From contig WLOP01000004.1 of assembly GCA_009699205.1 (NCBI GenBank), forward strand, positions 49,212-113,211: a stretch of 64,000 nt of DNA, given 5' to 3'. The stretch comes from Actinomycetota bacterium (GTDB lineage: Bacteria > Actinomycetota > Actinomycetes > Nanopelagicales > Nanopelagicaceae). This document shows positions 55,884 to 64,000 of this stretch, piece after piece. Made by a program: the position numbers and the translations under genes. The notes below the pieces were generated by a model. It had not been told where the DNA came from, searched no databases, and saw only the letters and a list, made by a program, of their open reading frames with translations. Position 1 is the stretch's first letter, and each line of letters opens with the position of its first letter.

Positions 55884-56849
55884 AAGGCTGACGATACCAA
55901 ATTCAGTAGGCTTTTAGTGACCGGTGGGGCTGGCTTCATTGGCTCTGAATTTGTGCGCTCTTCTTTATCTGGTTCATTATTTGGTGGAAAACCATCAAAA
56001 ATTACTGTTGTCGACGCTCTTACATACGCGGGTGATATGCGCCGACTAAGTACAGTTTCAAGAAATGATGGGCTCGTTTTCGTAAAAGCCGATATCAAGG
56101 AAGAGCTTGTGATGACTTCTTTGATTGCGGAACATGATGCGATCATTCACTTTGCAGCGGAGTCACACGTCGATCGAAGTATCGAAAGAAGCAAAGATTT
56201 TATTCAGTCCAATATAGTTGGAACTCACACGATTTTGGAAATTGCTAAGAATTTGAGCAAAGTGGTTGTATTGGTTTCGACCGACGAAGTCTATGGTTCT
56301 CTTGATTCTGGTAGCGCTGACGAAACCTTTCCCTTGAAACCAGCTTCGCCTTACTCAGCTAGCAAAGCAGCGGGCGATCTTCTCGGAATGGCCTATGCCA
56401 CAACTTATGGACTCGATGTCAGAATCACAAGAAGTGCGAATAACTACGGCCGTTACCAGGATTGCGAAAAACTACTTCCCAAACTAGTAACAAATTTGTC
56501 GAAAAATGTGAAAATCCCAATTTATGGAGATGGCAGCAATATCCGGAATTGGATACACATTCAGGATCATTGCGAAGCTATTGCTCGAGTTTTGCATTTA
56601 GGTAGTGCCGGTGAAATTTACAATATCGGAAGCGAAGAATCATACAGAAATATTGATTTAGCTAAGCTTTTACTTGATTATTTCAGGCTCTCAGAAGACA
56701 TGATCGAATATGTAACGGATCGAAAGGGACACGATTTCCGCTACGCCATAAATTCGGATAAAGCCACAAAATTGCTAAATTGGAAACCAAAGAGAAAACT
56801 CCTAGATTCAATTTCCGAGATACTTGCTGGAATTCAATTCTTATCTTAG
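55878..56849 (+). CDS. rfbB: dTDP-glucose 4,6-dehydratase
   Basis: It has LLVTGGAGFIGS and the catalytic YSASKAA. There is no ATG upstream of the Rossmann strand. The ORF opens at the TTG at 55812, and candidate starts are the CTG at 55878 and the GTG at 55917. The start is therefore uncertain. Confidence 0.85.
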   Translation: MHKADDTKFSRLLVTGGAGFIGSEFVRSSLSGSLFGGKPSKITVVDALTYAGDMRRLSTVSRNDGLVFVKADIKEELVMTSLIAEHDAIIHFAAESHVDRSIERSKDFIQSNIVGTHTILEIAKNLSKVVVLVSTDEVYGSLDSGSADETFPLKPASPYSASKAAGDLLGMAYATTYGLDVRITRSANNYGRYQDCEKLLPKLVTNLSKNVKIPIYGDGSNIRNWIHIQDHCEAIARVLHLGSAGEIYNIGSEESYRNIDLAKLLLDYFRLSEDMIEYVTDRKGHDFRYAINSDKATKLLNWKPKRKLLDSISEILAGIQFLS

Positions 56850-57397
56850 AGAAGTTCCAGTGCTATTTCATTAAGTAACGGGGCGTTAGAATCTTTGGGA
56901 GACAATATATACGGCTCATCCCAGGTGATGCTCAAATCTTGATCGAATGGGTTTATTCCAATTTCTTCTTCTGGATTATATGCGCGGTCAAAGTAATAAC
57001 AAACCGTACTGTTTTCTGAAATCGTCTGATATGAGTGCCCAACACGTTCCGGGACAAGCAACAACAAGGGCTTCGAAGCGTCGATAGCTACGGACACTAC
57101 ATTTCTATAGTGAGTAGATTCTGGACGTAAATCAATCAAATAGTCTTTAATTGCACCTTCAGTACAGGTTACTATTTTTCTTTGGGGCGCGTACCTAATC
57201 GTCCGATGGATTCCACGAATAGCACCTTGATTAGATTTTACCAAATTAACTTGAACTGGAATAAAATCGGGCCACACACCTTGTTCAATGAAATTCTTCG
57301 AATTCCAGATTTCCATGAGTGACCCGCGGGAGTCGCTCCAATTCACAAGTTCAATTTTATACGCTCCAGGGATTTCAGTAACAGGTTCGAAAATCAT
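56846..57397 (-). CDS. dTDP-4-dehydro-6-deoxyhexose 3,5-epimerase-like (RmlC-family cupin)
   Basis: 183 aa with ..DSRGSLMEIW.. and ..GAIRGIHRT... The length is that of RmlC. Confidence 0.78.
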   Translation of the reverse strand: MIFEPVTEIPGAYKIELVNWSDSRGSLMEIWNSKNFIEQGVWPDFIPVQVNLVKSNQGAIRGIHRTIRYAPQRKIVTCTEGAIKDYLIDLRPESTHYRNVVSVAIDASKPLLLLVPERVGHSYQTISENSTVCYYFDRAYNPEEEIGINPFDQDLSITWDEPYILSPKDSNAPLLNEIALELL

Positions 57398-58515
57398 TAG
57401 AGTGCACTCAACAATGTTTCAATTACTTTCGATTGCTCTTCGTCAGTAATCTCAATGAACATTGGGAGAGTTAATATCCCTTCGGACAACCGCGAAGCGT
57501 TTGTAGTGCTCTTCTTAAATTGCGAATACATTTTATACTCACAATTTGAACGATAATGAACACCCATCCCAATCTGATTTACAAGAAAAGCTGAAGCAAC
57601 TTTTGATCTATCTTTCACATATACCTGAAAGAGATGCCTTGAAGACTCATTGGAGTTACTTTGTTGTATTACTTCAATTCTATTGTCGCTTTGAATTGCT
57701 TCCTGATATTTCCTGGCAATATTTCGTCTCTTTTCATTGTCCTCATCCAAATATTTTAAACTCACCAATGCTACCGCTGCCATTATTGCATTTGCATTGT
57801 ACTTATATCCGACGTGATCGACATCGTATTCCCATTTGTAGCCTCCTGATTTACTTCGAGAAAAGGTTGATTCAGATATACCAAGCCAAGATAGTTTCTT
57901 CGCTAAATCATGTTCTTCTGAGTGCAACATGGATAAGGCACCGCTATCTCCAGTTGGCAAATTCTTTACTGCCTGAAAGGAATAACAGATTGCATCGCAA
58001 CCAGTCCCGATTGGTTCGTTAAGATTCATCGATCCGGAACCATGTGATGCATCTAAAATCAATGCAATACCTTTCTCATCACAAATTGATTTGATTTCTT
58101 CAATTCTTCCAATTCCGCCACCTATTGCTACAAACATTACAGCCTTCGTTTTTTCATTAATGTTTTCAAGAAGAGCTTCTGGGCTTAGACATAAATCGTC
58201 ATCAACATCTACCAATACTGGGACTAATCCACTCCACAAGATTGCATGATTTGTTGCTACGAAAGTTAACGGAGTTGAAATGATTTCCGAATCATCAGAC
58301 CAACCTCTATTTATTTTTAAGGCTTCAAGTGCAAGGTGTAGAGCAGATGAAGCAGAATTGAGCATCAGACAGTTCTCGCGATTCACTGCTCTGGCCCATG
58401 CTTTTTCAAAATCTTCGGTTAAAAAACCCTGTCCAGTCCAACCTTTTTCAAGCGTTCCACGTATTTCATTAAGGCATTCATCGATTCGAAAATACGGCCT
58501 AAAGAGCGGGATCAT
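57397..58515 (-). CDS. DegT/DnrJ/EryC1/StrS-family sugar aminotransferase
   Basis: 372 aa. The PLP-lysine context is YSFQAVKNLPTGDSG. Confidence 0.88.
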   Translation of the reverse strand: MIPLFRPYFRIDECLNEIRGTLEKGWTGQGFLTEDFEKAWARAVNRENCLMLNSASSALHLALEALKINRGWSDDSEIISTPLTFVATNHAILWSGLVPVLVDVDDDLCLSPEALLENINEKTKAVMFVAIGGGIGRIEEIKSICDEKGIALILDASHGSGSMNLNEPIGTGCDAICYSFQAVKNLPTGDSGALSMLHSEEHDLAKKLSWLGISESTFSRSKSGGYKWEYDVDHVGYKYNANAIMAAVALVSLKYLDEDNEKRRNIARKYQEAIQSDNRIEVIQQSNSNESSRHLFQVYVKDRSKVASAFLVNQIGMGVHYRSNCEYKMYSQFKKSTTNASRLSEGILTLPMFIEITDEEQSKVIETLLSAL

Positions 58516-58614
58516 CTTGTACTCCTAATTTAAATTAAGCGATTGAATTCCGAATATTGATTGTGCCAACCTCAGATGTACCACGTTTTAAGCCTACTCG
58601 AGTAAACTGAAATC

Positions 58615-59679
58615 ATGAATGGTTTAACGGTGGTGATTCCCATGCATAATGGGGCTCGGTGGATTGCTTCGTTAATATCGAGCATGTCTTCGGCTGCGAT
58701 TGAGGCAAATGCGCCACTTGAAATTCTAATATTTGACGATAATTCAACTGATGACTCTTCCGCGAGGGGGATAAAAGTATGTCAAGATTTGCAGTTGGAC
58801 TTCAAAGTAACCCGTTGGGACTCTGCCAACAATGCAGGCAATTCATCTGCTGCCTACATGAAAGCTTTGAATAGTATTTCACCCAAGTACGATCTCATCG
58901 CACTTTCCGACCAAGATGATCTTTGGCTACCTAATCGCATTCTGCGAATTTCTGAGGCAATCAACGGGGAGAGTAACGATTCTATTCACCCGTGGCTTTA
59001 CGCGGGAAGTAGCTTCTTGTGGGATTCTATGAAATCCAATTCAATGCCATACCGAAGCCGACCTGGACCCTTAGGTACTTCTCACGTGCGAGGCCCAGAG
59101 CTTGATTATCGAAAAACAAATTTTGATGTGTCGGTCTCTACTCATAATATTGTCATCAATCGTGCCCTCCTTGCATTATTGAAATCTAATCCATTGTCAG
59201 ATTTCCAAATCAGACATGATGTTCAAATGGATTGCTGGTTGCCGAATTTAGCCAGTCACTTTGGAAAAACTGCTGTTGATTTAATTCCGAGTGTGATTTG
59301 GAGACAGCACTCGACGAATTCAAGCGGGCTATATTTACAATCTCGGGTAAGGCCTGATTTGATACGTTTCGTTATTCATCTCCTTAAGCGGATGAGGTCA
59401 ACTGCTTATATGAAGAAATACTTAGTGGCTGGCGAGGCCCTAAACAATAAGCATGAGGCATTTGTTTCACAAAATGCAAGAAATCTGAATGCTTCTTCAA
59501 ATCTTTGGCAGTTGTCCTCTTTGGAGTCACGAAAAACAAGACGTCGGTTGGCGCTGAGTAATACATGGAAACATTGGTCAATAATTAGAGATTTTTATCT
59601 TAGATTGAGGCTGATTTTAATGGGAAATTCGATGGCTCTCAGAATTCAATCCGAATTACTAAAAGTTGAGGAAAATTAA
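58615..59679 (+). CDS. glycosyltransferase family 2
   Basis: 354 aa with the N-terminal LTVVIPMHNG...LIFDDNSTDDS GT-A fold motif. Confidence 0.8.
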   Translation: MNGLTVVIPMHNGARWIASLISSMSSAAIEANAPLEILIFDDNSTDDSSARGIKVCQDLQLDFKVTRWDSANNAGNSSAAYMKALNSISPKYDLIALSDQDDLWLPNRILRISEAINGESNDSIHPWLYAGSSFLWDSMKSNSMPYRSRPGPLGTSHVRGPELDYRKTNFDVSVSTHNIVINRALLALLKSNPLSDFQIRHDVQMDCWLPNLASHFGKTAVDLIPSVIWRQHSTNSSGLYLQSRVRPDLIRFVIHLLKRMRSTAYMKKYLVAGEALNNKHEAFVSQNARNLNASSNLWQLSSLESRKTRRRLALSNTWKHWSIIRDFYLRLRLILMGNSMALRIQSELLKVEEN

Positions 59680-59732
59680 CTCTTTTTCAATAAAGTCGGC
59701 GATTAAATGCAATATCTACTAGGCACCACAAG

Positions 59733-59804
59733 AGCCCCTGGTCGGAATCGAACCGACGATCTGCTCATTACGAGTGAGCTGCTCTACCGCTGAGCCACAG
59801 GGGC
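59733..59804 (-). tRNA. tRNA-Thr (anticodon CGU)
   Basis: I folded the 72-nt cloverleaf by hand. It has a 7-bp acceptor stem GCCCCTG/CAGGGGC, D arm GCTC/GAGC, anticodon stem GCTCA/TGAGC with loop CTCGTAA, and T arm GTCGG-TTCGATT-CCGAC. CCA is not encoded. Confidence 0.92.
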
Positions 59805-59833
59805 GGACAACTGTTAAAGTGTAAAGAGTAAGA

Positions 59834-60481
59834 CTAATCCAGGCGAACTACTCCGCCTGGTGTCTCTAGGTGCACGGCTACGATTCCTGTTTCGCCATCG
59901 TTTGCAGCTGGATCAACCCAGATAACTTCGACGCCGTCGCCAATTGCAGCTGCCGCGTCAGAACCTAACCACTCGGCAATTGTCTTTTCGTTACCTGAAA
60001 TTTCAACTTTTACAATCTTTGCTGATGCTTTTCCATCTGTTGAAGGATGGTGATTTTCAATCCATTGAATAAAGAATGGGAGCTGGCGATCTTCAAGTGT
60101 TCCAAGAACACCGATTTGCTTCCAGCGAATATCGCTGCCATCTGGCTTAACACGGTGGCCATCAACTGCTGGACGACCAAGACGAGTTTCAATCGGTGCA
60201 ACATCATCAACGGAAACAACCCACGTCAACCATCCGCCGCCTTCTTGCGCGCGCAAAGAAACTGCTTTACCGAATGCAGAGGAATCAGATGCTGGGTGGT
60301 CAAGTGGGCAAACAACTTCGATGTAGTGACCACCTTGCAATGGCAACGTGAAGTTGCGCGTACCAAAACGTGGATGAATTCCACCATCAACGAAAGTAGA
60401 ACCTAATCGCGAACCGAGACGTTGCACGGTGTCAGCAAGTTGGTCATGGGAGGTCACATATGAGACATGGTCTAGGCGCAT
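59834..60481 (-). CDS. VOC/glyoxalase-like domain protein
   Basis: The N-terminus MRLDHVSYVTSHDQLADTV..GIHPRFGTRNF is typical of glyoxalase-like VOC proteins. The ORF extends to 60499. Confidence 0.7.
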   Translation of the reverse strand: MRLDHVSYVTSHDQLADTVQRLGSRLGSTFVDGGIHPRFGTRNFTLPLQGGHYIEVVCPLDHPASDSSAFGKAVSLRAQEGGGWLTWVVSVDDVAPIETRLGRPAVDGHRVKPDGSDIRWKQIGVLGTLEDRQLPFFIQWIENHHPSTDGKASAKIVKVEISGNEKTIAEWLGSDAAAAIGDGVEVIWVDPAANDGETGIVAVHLETPGGVVRLD

Positions 60482-60622
60482 AGGGAAATAATGCCCCATA
60501 CCGAGGGGTGCTAATTACCAAAATCCGAGCGATACCTTGCACCAATGGCCACTCATTACATTGCTAGTACGGGCTGAAAAATGGTCGAAAACCATCTCTG
60601 CAAGGCCGCAGGGAGGCGTTGC

Positions 60623-62128
60623 CTACAGGGAACAGGCCAGATCTTTACCCGGCAATACAGCCGTAAGGAAATATTTATCAACTGCCGAATCAACGCATTC
60701 GGAACCGCGACCGTGACCTGTGTGGCCGTCGGCGTTGAGGGAAATCAACCGCGAACCTTGAATTGTTTCGTGAAGTGATTGCGCCCATTGATACGGAGTC
60801 GCAGGATCACGTTTAGTTCCGATTACCATTATCGGTGTTGTCTTTATTGTCGTGATCTTTGTTGCGGCTGCGCCATCGGCAGGTGGCGGTAAATACTTAC
60901 ACGCAAGTGATCCATAAGCTACGTACGGGCCGAAAACTGGGGCGGCAACTGCGAAAGCTTTTGCATCCACTGCCATTTCGTCAAGCGTTCGCACCTCTGG
61001 CCAGTCGAGACAGTCGATTACAAACGCTGCGTCCGTTTCATTGTTCGCATACGTTCCGTTGGCATTACGCCCGCTGTATTCATCTGCTAATTCGAGAAAA
61101 GTGGTTCCGTTATTTTTTGCGGCTTGCCGTAGCGCTATTCGCAACTTCGGCCAACCGGAATAATCGTCATAAAGAGCGGATGCAGTGCCAAGAACAAGAA
61201 GTGATTCAGTTGCCTGTCGATTCTTCGGACCAGGTAGCGGGTGAATCGCTGCTTGATGAAAGAGATCAATAATCTGATTAATGGAATTCGCTATTGGTTT
61301 CTTCAGTGGACAATTATTTTTTTTGTAGCAGTTTCTAATGAATGCATGAAGGGCGAGATCGAAGCCCATGCCTTGAAACATCGTCTGCTCGACAGCAGAA
61401 GTTTTTGGGTCAATTGCTCCATCTAGAACCATGCGACCCACATTCGCCGGAAAGAACTTTGCATAGAGAGTGCCGAGGTATGTTCCGTAACTCTTTCCTA
61501 AGAAATTCAAGTGCGAATCACCTAACGCGTTGCGGAGAATATCCATATCTCTCGCGGAATTTGCCGTGCTGTAATTAGCCACATTCTTATTCTTGGCTAG
61601 GCACTTTGCAGCGTATTGCTTGGCTGATGCGGCCATGGCAGCGACTTCTATAGCGCTATCTGGCTTGCTATCTGCCGAGTAATTGGCATCGGTTTCATTG
61701 TTACTCAGGCATTCGATAGGTGCGCTATCGCCGACGCCTCGCGGATCAAAGCCAACAATGTCGTACTGAGCCAAAACCGCCGGGCTCAAAATGTATTCGG
61801 CGTTGTAGGCATATTGCTTTCCTGAAGCACCTGGTCCCCCAGGGTTTACCACGAGCGACCCCAAGCGATTTTTCTGATCGGTGGCTTTGTATCGAAGGAG
61901 CGCCAATCCAAAAGAACCAGACTCGGGTTTCTTGTAATCGATAGGGACTTGCAGTGTTGCGCATTGGAAATTGTCATAGCAACTAGACCATGCAAGACGT
62001 TGGTTTTGGTATTGATGCATAGTTGTCATGGATGGATATTTGTTACGCATGAACGTGCCTAATCCCGTAATTAAAGCAAAAGCAAGTATGAAGATCAGAA
62101 TTCTTTTGAGGATTTGGGAGTTTTTCAT
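60623..62128 (-). CDS. secreted alpha/beta hydrolase (tripeptidyl-aminopeptidase-like)
   Basis: 501 aa with an N-terminal signal/anchor. It has the nucleophile elbow GKSYGT and a C-terminal TAP-like segment ending ..ADGHTGHG.. Confidence 0.8.
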   Translation of the reverse strand: MKNSQILKRILIFILAFALITGLGTFMRNKYPSMTTMHQYQNQRLAWSSCYDNFQCATLQVPIDYKKPESGSFGLALLRYKATDQKNRLGSLVVNPGGPGASGKQYAYNAEYILSPAVLAQYDIVGFDPRGVGDSAPIECLSNNETDANYSADSKPDSAIEVAAMAASAKQYAAKCLAKNKNVANYSTANSARDMDILRNALGDSHLNFLGKSYGTYLGTLYAKFFPANVGRMVLDGAIDPKTSAVEQTMFQGMGFDLALHAFIRNCYKKNNCPLKKPIANSINQIIDLFHQAAIHPLPGPKNRQATESLLVLGTASALYDDYSGWPKLRIALRQAAKNNGTTFLELADEYSGRNANGTYANNETDAAFVIDCLDWPEVRTLDEMAVDAKAFAVAAPVFGPYVAYGSLACKYLPPPADGAAATKITTIKTTPIMVIGTKRDPATPYQWAQSLHETIQGSRLISLNADGHTGHGRGSECVDSAVDKYFLTAVLPGKDLACSL

Positions 62129-62140
62129 AGTTTTAGAAGG

Positions 62141-63322
62141 CTAGCGTTCTGCACTCGCCGGAGATTGGCGAGTAACAGCAAGTGTGCACATCAAAGCTTC
62201 GATAGTGAGAAGTGGAGCAGCATTGAAACTTAGGTTCGTGCGCGCATCCATAATTGCGTTGATCTTCTCGATGGTTAGCGCGGGCGCCAAAGTTTGCGCA
62301 AGAGTTTCTATCTGTGGCGCTAAGTCCTGATTGATTAGCGTTTCTGTAATTCCTGTTTGGACCAACATGACATCACGGTAAAGCGTTGCCAAATCGAGTA
62401 ATGCGCCATCGAGAGAATCACGCACCATGCGAGTCGTTCGTGACTTCTGCTCTTTCTCTAAATCTTTTAAAGCTTTTGACCCGCCCGTTGCCATGCCTCG
62501 ACCCGTTGCGCCTTGGCCCCACGCTTGCGCTAGCTCTTGGTTTTCTGCTTCGTCTTTAACTTCTGCTTGTTCCTTAGCTTCTTGCGTTGCTAAATCAACC
62601 AATGTTGAAGCAGCTTTAAATGCAGCTGAGATATCGCTCAGTGCAAAAGGTAACTTCATAATCGTGTTACGTCGCGCACGGATATTTTCATCAAGGGCTA
62701 AGTGACGTGCGCGGCCAATATGTCCTTGACTTGCACGAGCGGCAAAATCTGCCATTCCTGGTGAAACTCCATCGCGATTGGCCAATACCGCTGCGACATC
62801 AGCTGCACTTGGAGTTCGCAATTGAAGGTGGCGGCAACGTGAACGGATTGTCGGTAACAAATCGTGCAAGGTCGGGGCACAGAGCAGCCAAACCGTTCGA
62901 GCTCCCGGTTCTTCAATCGCCTTAAGAAGTGCGTTTGCTGCAGATTCCGTTAGACGGTCTGCATCTTCCATAACAACTACGCGCCATCCCCCCACACTCG
63001 GCGCCCAAGATGTTCGCTGCAAAAGTTCGCGGATTTCATCGATCTTGATTGATAAACCTTCGGTGGAAATAATTTCGACATCAGCATGACCGCCAGCTTT
63101 AGCGCTGCGGCAGTCAACACACGTGCCGCATCCGTCGTTAGGGCAGATCAGCGCTGCTGCAAATGCAATTGCTGCACTCGATCGTCCACTGCCGGGTGGA
63201 CCTGTGAAGACCCACGCATGTGTCATCTCTTGAGTTTCTTCACCACTTCGCGCTGCTGCGACTGCATCTTTGAGTATTGAGATGATGTGCTGTTGGCCTA
63301 CAAGCTCGTCAAAAACACTCAT
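62141..63322 (-). CDS. holB: DNA polymerase III subunit delta'
   Basis: 393 aa with THAWVFTGPPGSGRS and the Cys module CPNDGCGTCVDC. It also has the SRC motif (TIRSRCRHL). Confidence 0.9.
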   Translation of the reverse strand: MSVFDELVGQQHIISILKDAVAAARSGEETQEMTHAWVFTGPPGSGRSSAAIAFAAALICPNDGCGTCVDCRSAKAGGHADVEIISTEGLSIKIDEIRELLQRTSWAPSVGGWRVVVMEDADRLTESAANALLKAIEEPGARTVWLLCAPTLHDLLPTIRSRCRHLQLRTPSAADVAAVLANRDGVSPGMADFAARASQGHIGRARHLALDENIRARRNTIMKLPFALSDISAAFKAASTLVDLATQEAKEQAEVKDEAENQELAQAWGQGATGRGMATGGSKALKDLEKEQKSRTTRMVRDSLDGALLDLATLYRDVMLVQTGITETLINQDLAPQIETLAQTLAPALTIEKINAIMDARTNLSFNAAPLLTIEALMCTLAVTRQSPASAER

Positions 63323-63326
63323 GGCG

Positions 63327-64000
63327 CTATTTCTTCTTACTTGTTTTAGCTTTTACTTTGGCAATGACTTTTCTTGGGTCGGGGCGAAGATTAACCTTTT
63401 TCTTCTCTTTCTTAGGAACCTTGCTTAGCGCTGGTAATTCAGAAACCCGGGTAACAATGGCGCCATGAATTTCATCGACGCTCATCTGACCATCAACCAC
63501 TAAATATCGCTCTGGATCAAGTAAAGCCAGCTGTAGATACTCCTGGCGGATGCGTTCATGAAAAGCTAATGGCTCCGACTCGAGACGGTCGAACTTCTTT
63601 AACCGTCCTAAACCGATTTCAGCTGGTAGATCCAAAATAATTGTGAGCGTTGGGAAAAGGGATTCTGTTGCCCATCGTGAAATACGTGCAACTTCCCCTG
63701 GTTCAAGAATGCGCCCTGCGCCTTGATATGCAATTGATGAATCAAAATAGCGATCGGTAATGACAACATCGCCAGCTTCTAACGCCGGGCGAATCACGGA
63801 ATACACATGGTGCGCACGATCTGCTGCATAAAGCAAAGCTTCGGCACGCGGAGAAATAACACCCGTTCGATGGGAGAGGAGAATTTCTCGCAAATCATTA
63901 CCCAATGGAGTGCCGCCCGGTTCGCGACTGAGCACAACTCCATGTTCTCTATCTTCTAACCATTTCTTTAATAATTTAGTTTGTGTTGATTTTCCCGAAC
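63327..64000 (-). CDS. tmk: thymidylate kinase (N-terminus beyond window end)
   Basis: The ORF continues past 63935. Minus-strand translation at the window edge reads ..SGKSTQTKLLKKWLEDREHGVVLSREPGGTPLG.., which is the P-loop followed by the TMP-binding region. Confidence 0.88.
   Translation of the reverse strand, partial: SGKSTQTKLLKKWLEDREHGVVLSREPGGTPLGNDLREILLSHRTGVISPRAEALLYAADRAHHVYSVIRPALEAGDVVITDRYFDSSIAYQGAGRILEPGEVARISRWATESLFPTLTIILDLPAEIGLGRLKKFDRLESEPLAFHERIRQEYLQLALLDPERYLVVDGQMSVDEIHGAIVTRVSELPALSKVPKKEKKKVNLRPDPRKVIAKVKAKTSKKK

Noticed and set aside
60575-60595. Hairpin ATGGT-CGAAA-ACCAT followed by TTTTT on the minus strand after the hydrolase gene, considered as a terminator.
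   Set aside because: The stem is only 5 bp with two G-C pairs, too weak to call without computed free energy or Term-seq.

Overview
This 64-kb window is a tightly packed chromosome segment from an actinobacterium with moderately low G+C. Gene content and synteny point to a streamlined lineage, possibly a freshwater planktonic one, but that is inference only. Nearly all of it is coding, with many 1-4 nt stop/start overlaps.

I saw no CRISPR array, transposase, integrase, rRNA or recognisable DNA-binding regulator. The only RNA gene is tRNA-Thr(CGU).

Layout:
- **1-14.2 kb:** the conserved actinobacterial backbone on the minus strand. It runs clpC (partial), a GNAT, lysS, coaX, nadC, nadB, panC, folK, folB, folP, folE, ftsH, hpt and tilS.
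- **14.2-26.9 kb:** housekeeping and membrane genes. These are a coiled-coil NlpC/P60 hydrolase behind an ABC pair, metZ, ctaB, a low-complexity membrane protein, a YVTN beta-propeller, a SpoU methyltransferase, an MFS transporter, a TPR protein, a NiCoT transporter preceded in frame by an MprF/LysX-like fragment, and EamA.
- **26.9-32.2 kb:** a contiguous A1-type heme-copper oxidase operon (cupredoxin-like gene, coxII, coxI, coxIII) with a divergent ctaG.
- **32.2-35.0 kb:** an NRAMP-fold transporter with Mg-type (NRMT-like) site substitutions. It is translationally coupled to a pore-less PRC/MgtE-N/CBS protein and preceded by a highly structured 272-nt leader.
- **35.0-37.1 kb:** a DEAD-box helicase with a long basic N-terminal extension.
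- **37.1-50.9 kb:** a catabolic cluster with no regulator gene. It holds split opine-oxidase/HcnABC-like flavoenzymes, a DapA-family lyase, an OYE reductase, three SDRs, a two-subunit CoA-transferase, a cupin, EamA and a polar-amino-acid ABC importer.
- **51.0-59.7 kb:** an AT-richer glycan-biosynthesis island. It holds an ABC exporter, GT4, a CmcI-like methyltransferase, rmlA, rmlB, an RmlC-like epimerase, a DegT aminotransferase and GT2, and it abuts the 3' end of tRNA-Thr.
- **59.8-64 kb:** core genes, namely a VOC protein, a secreted alpha/beta hydrolase, holB and tmk (partial).

The best candidates for something undescribed are the NRMT-like transporter with its soluble MgtE-type sensor and structured leader, the oxidase-linked variant cupredoxin, and the regulator-less catabolic cluster.
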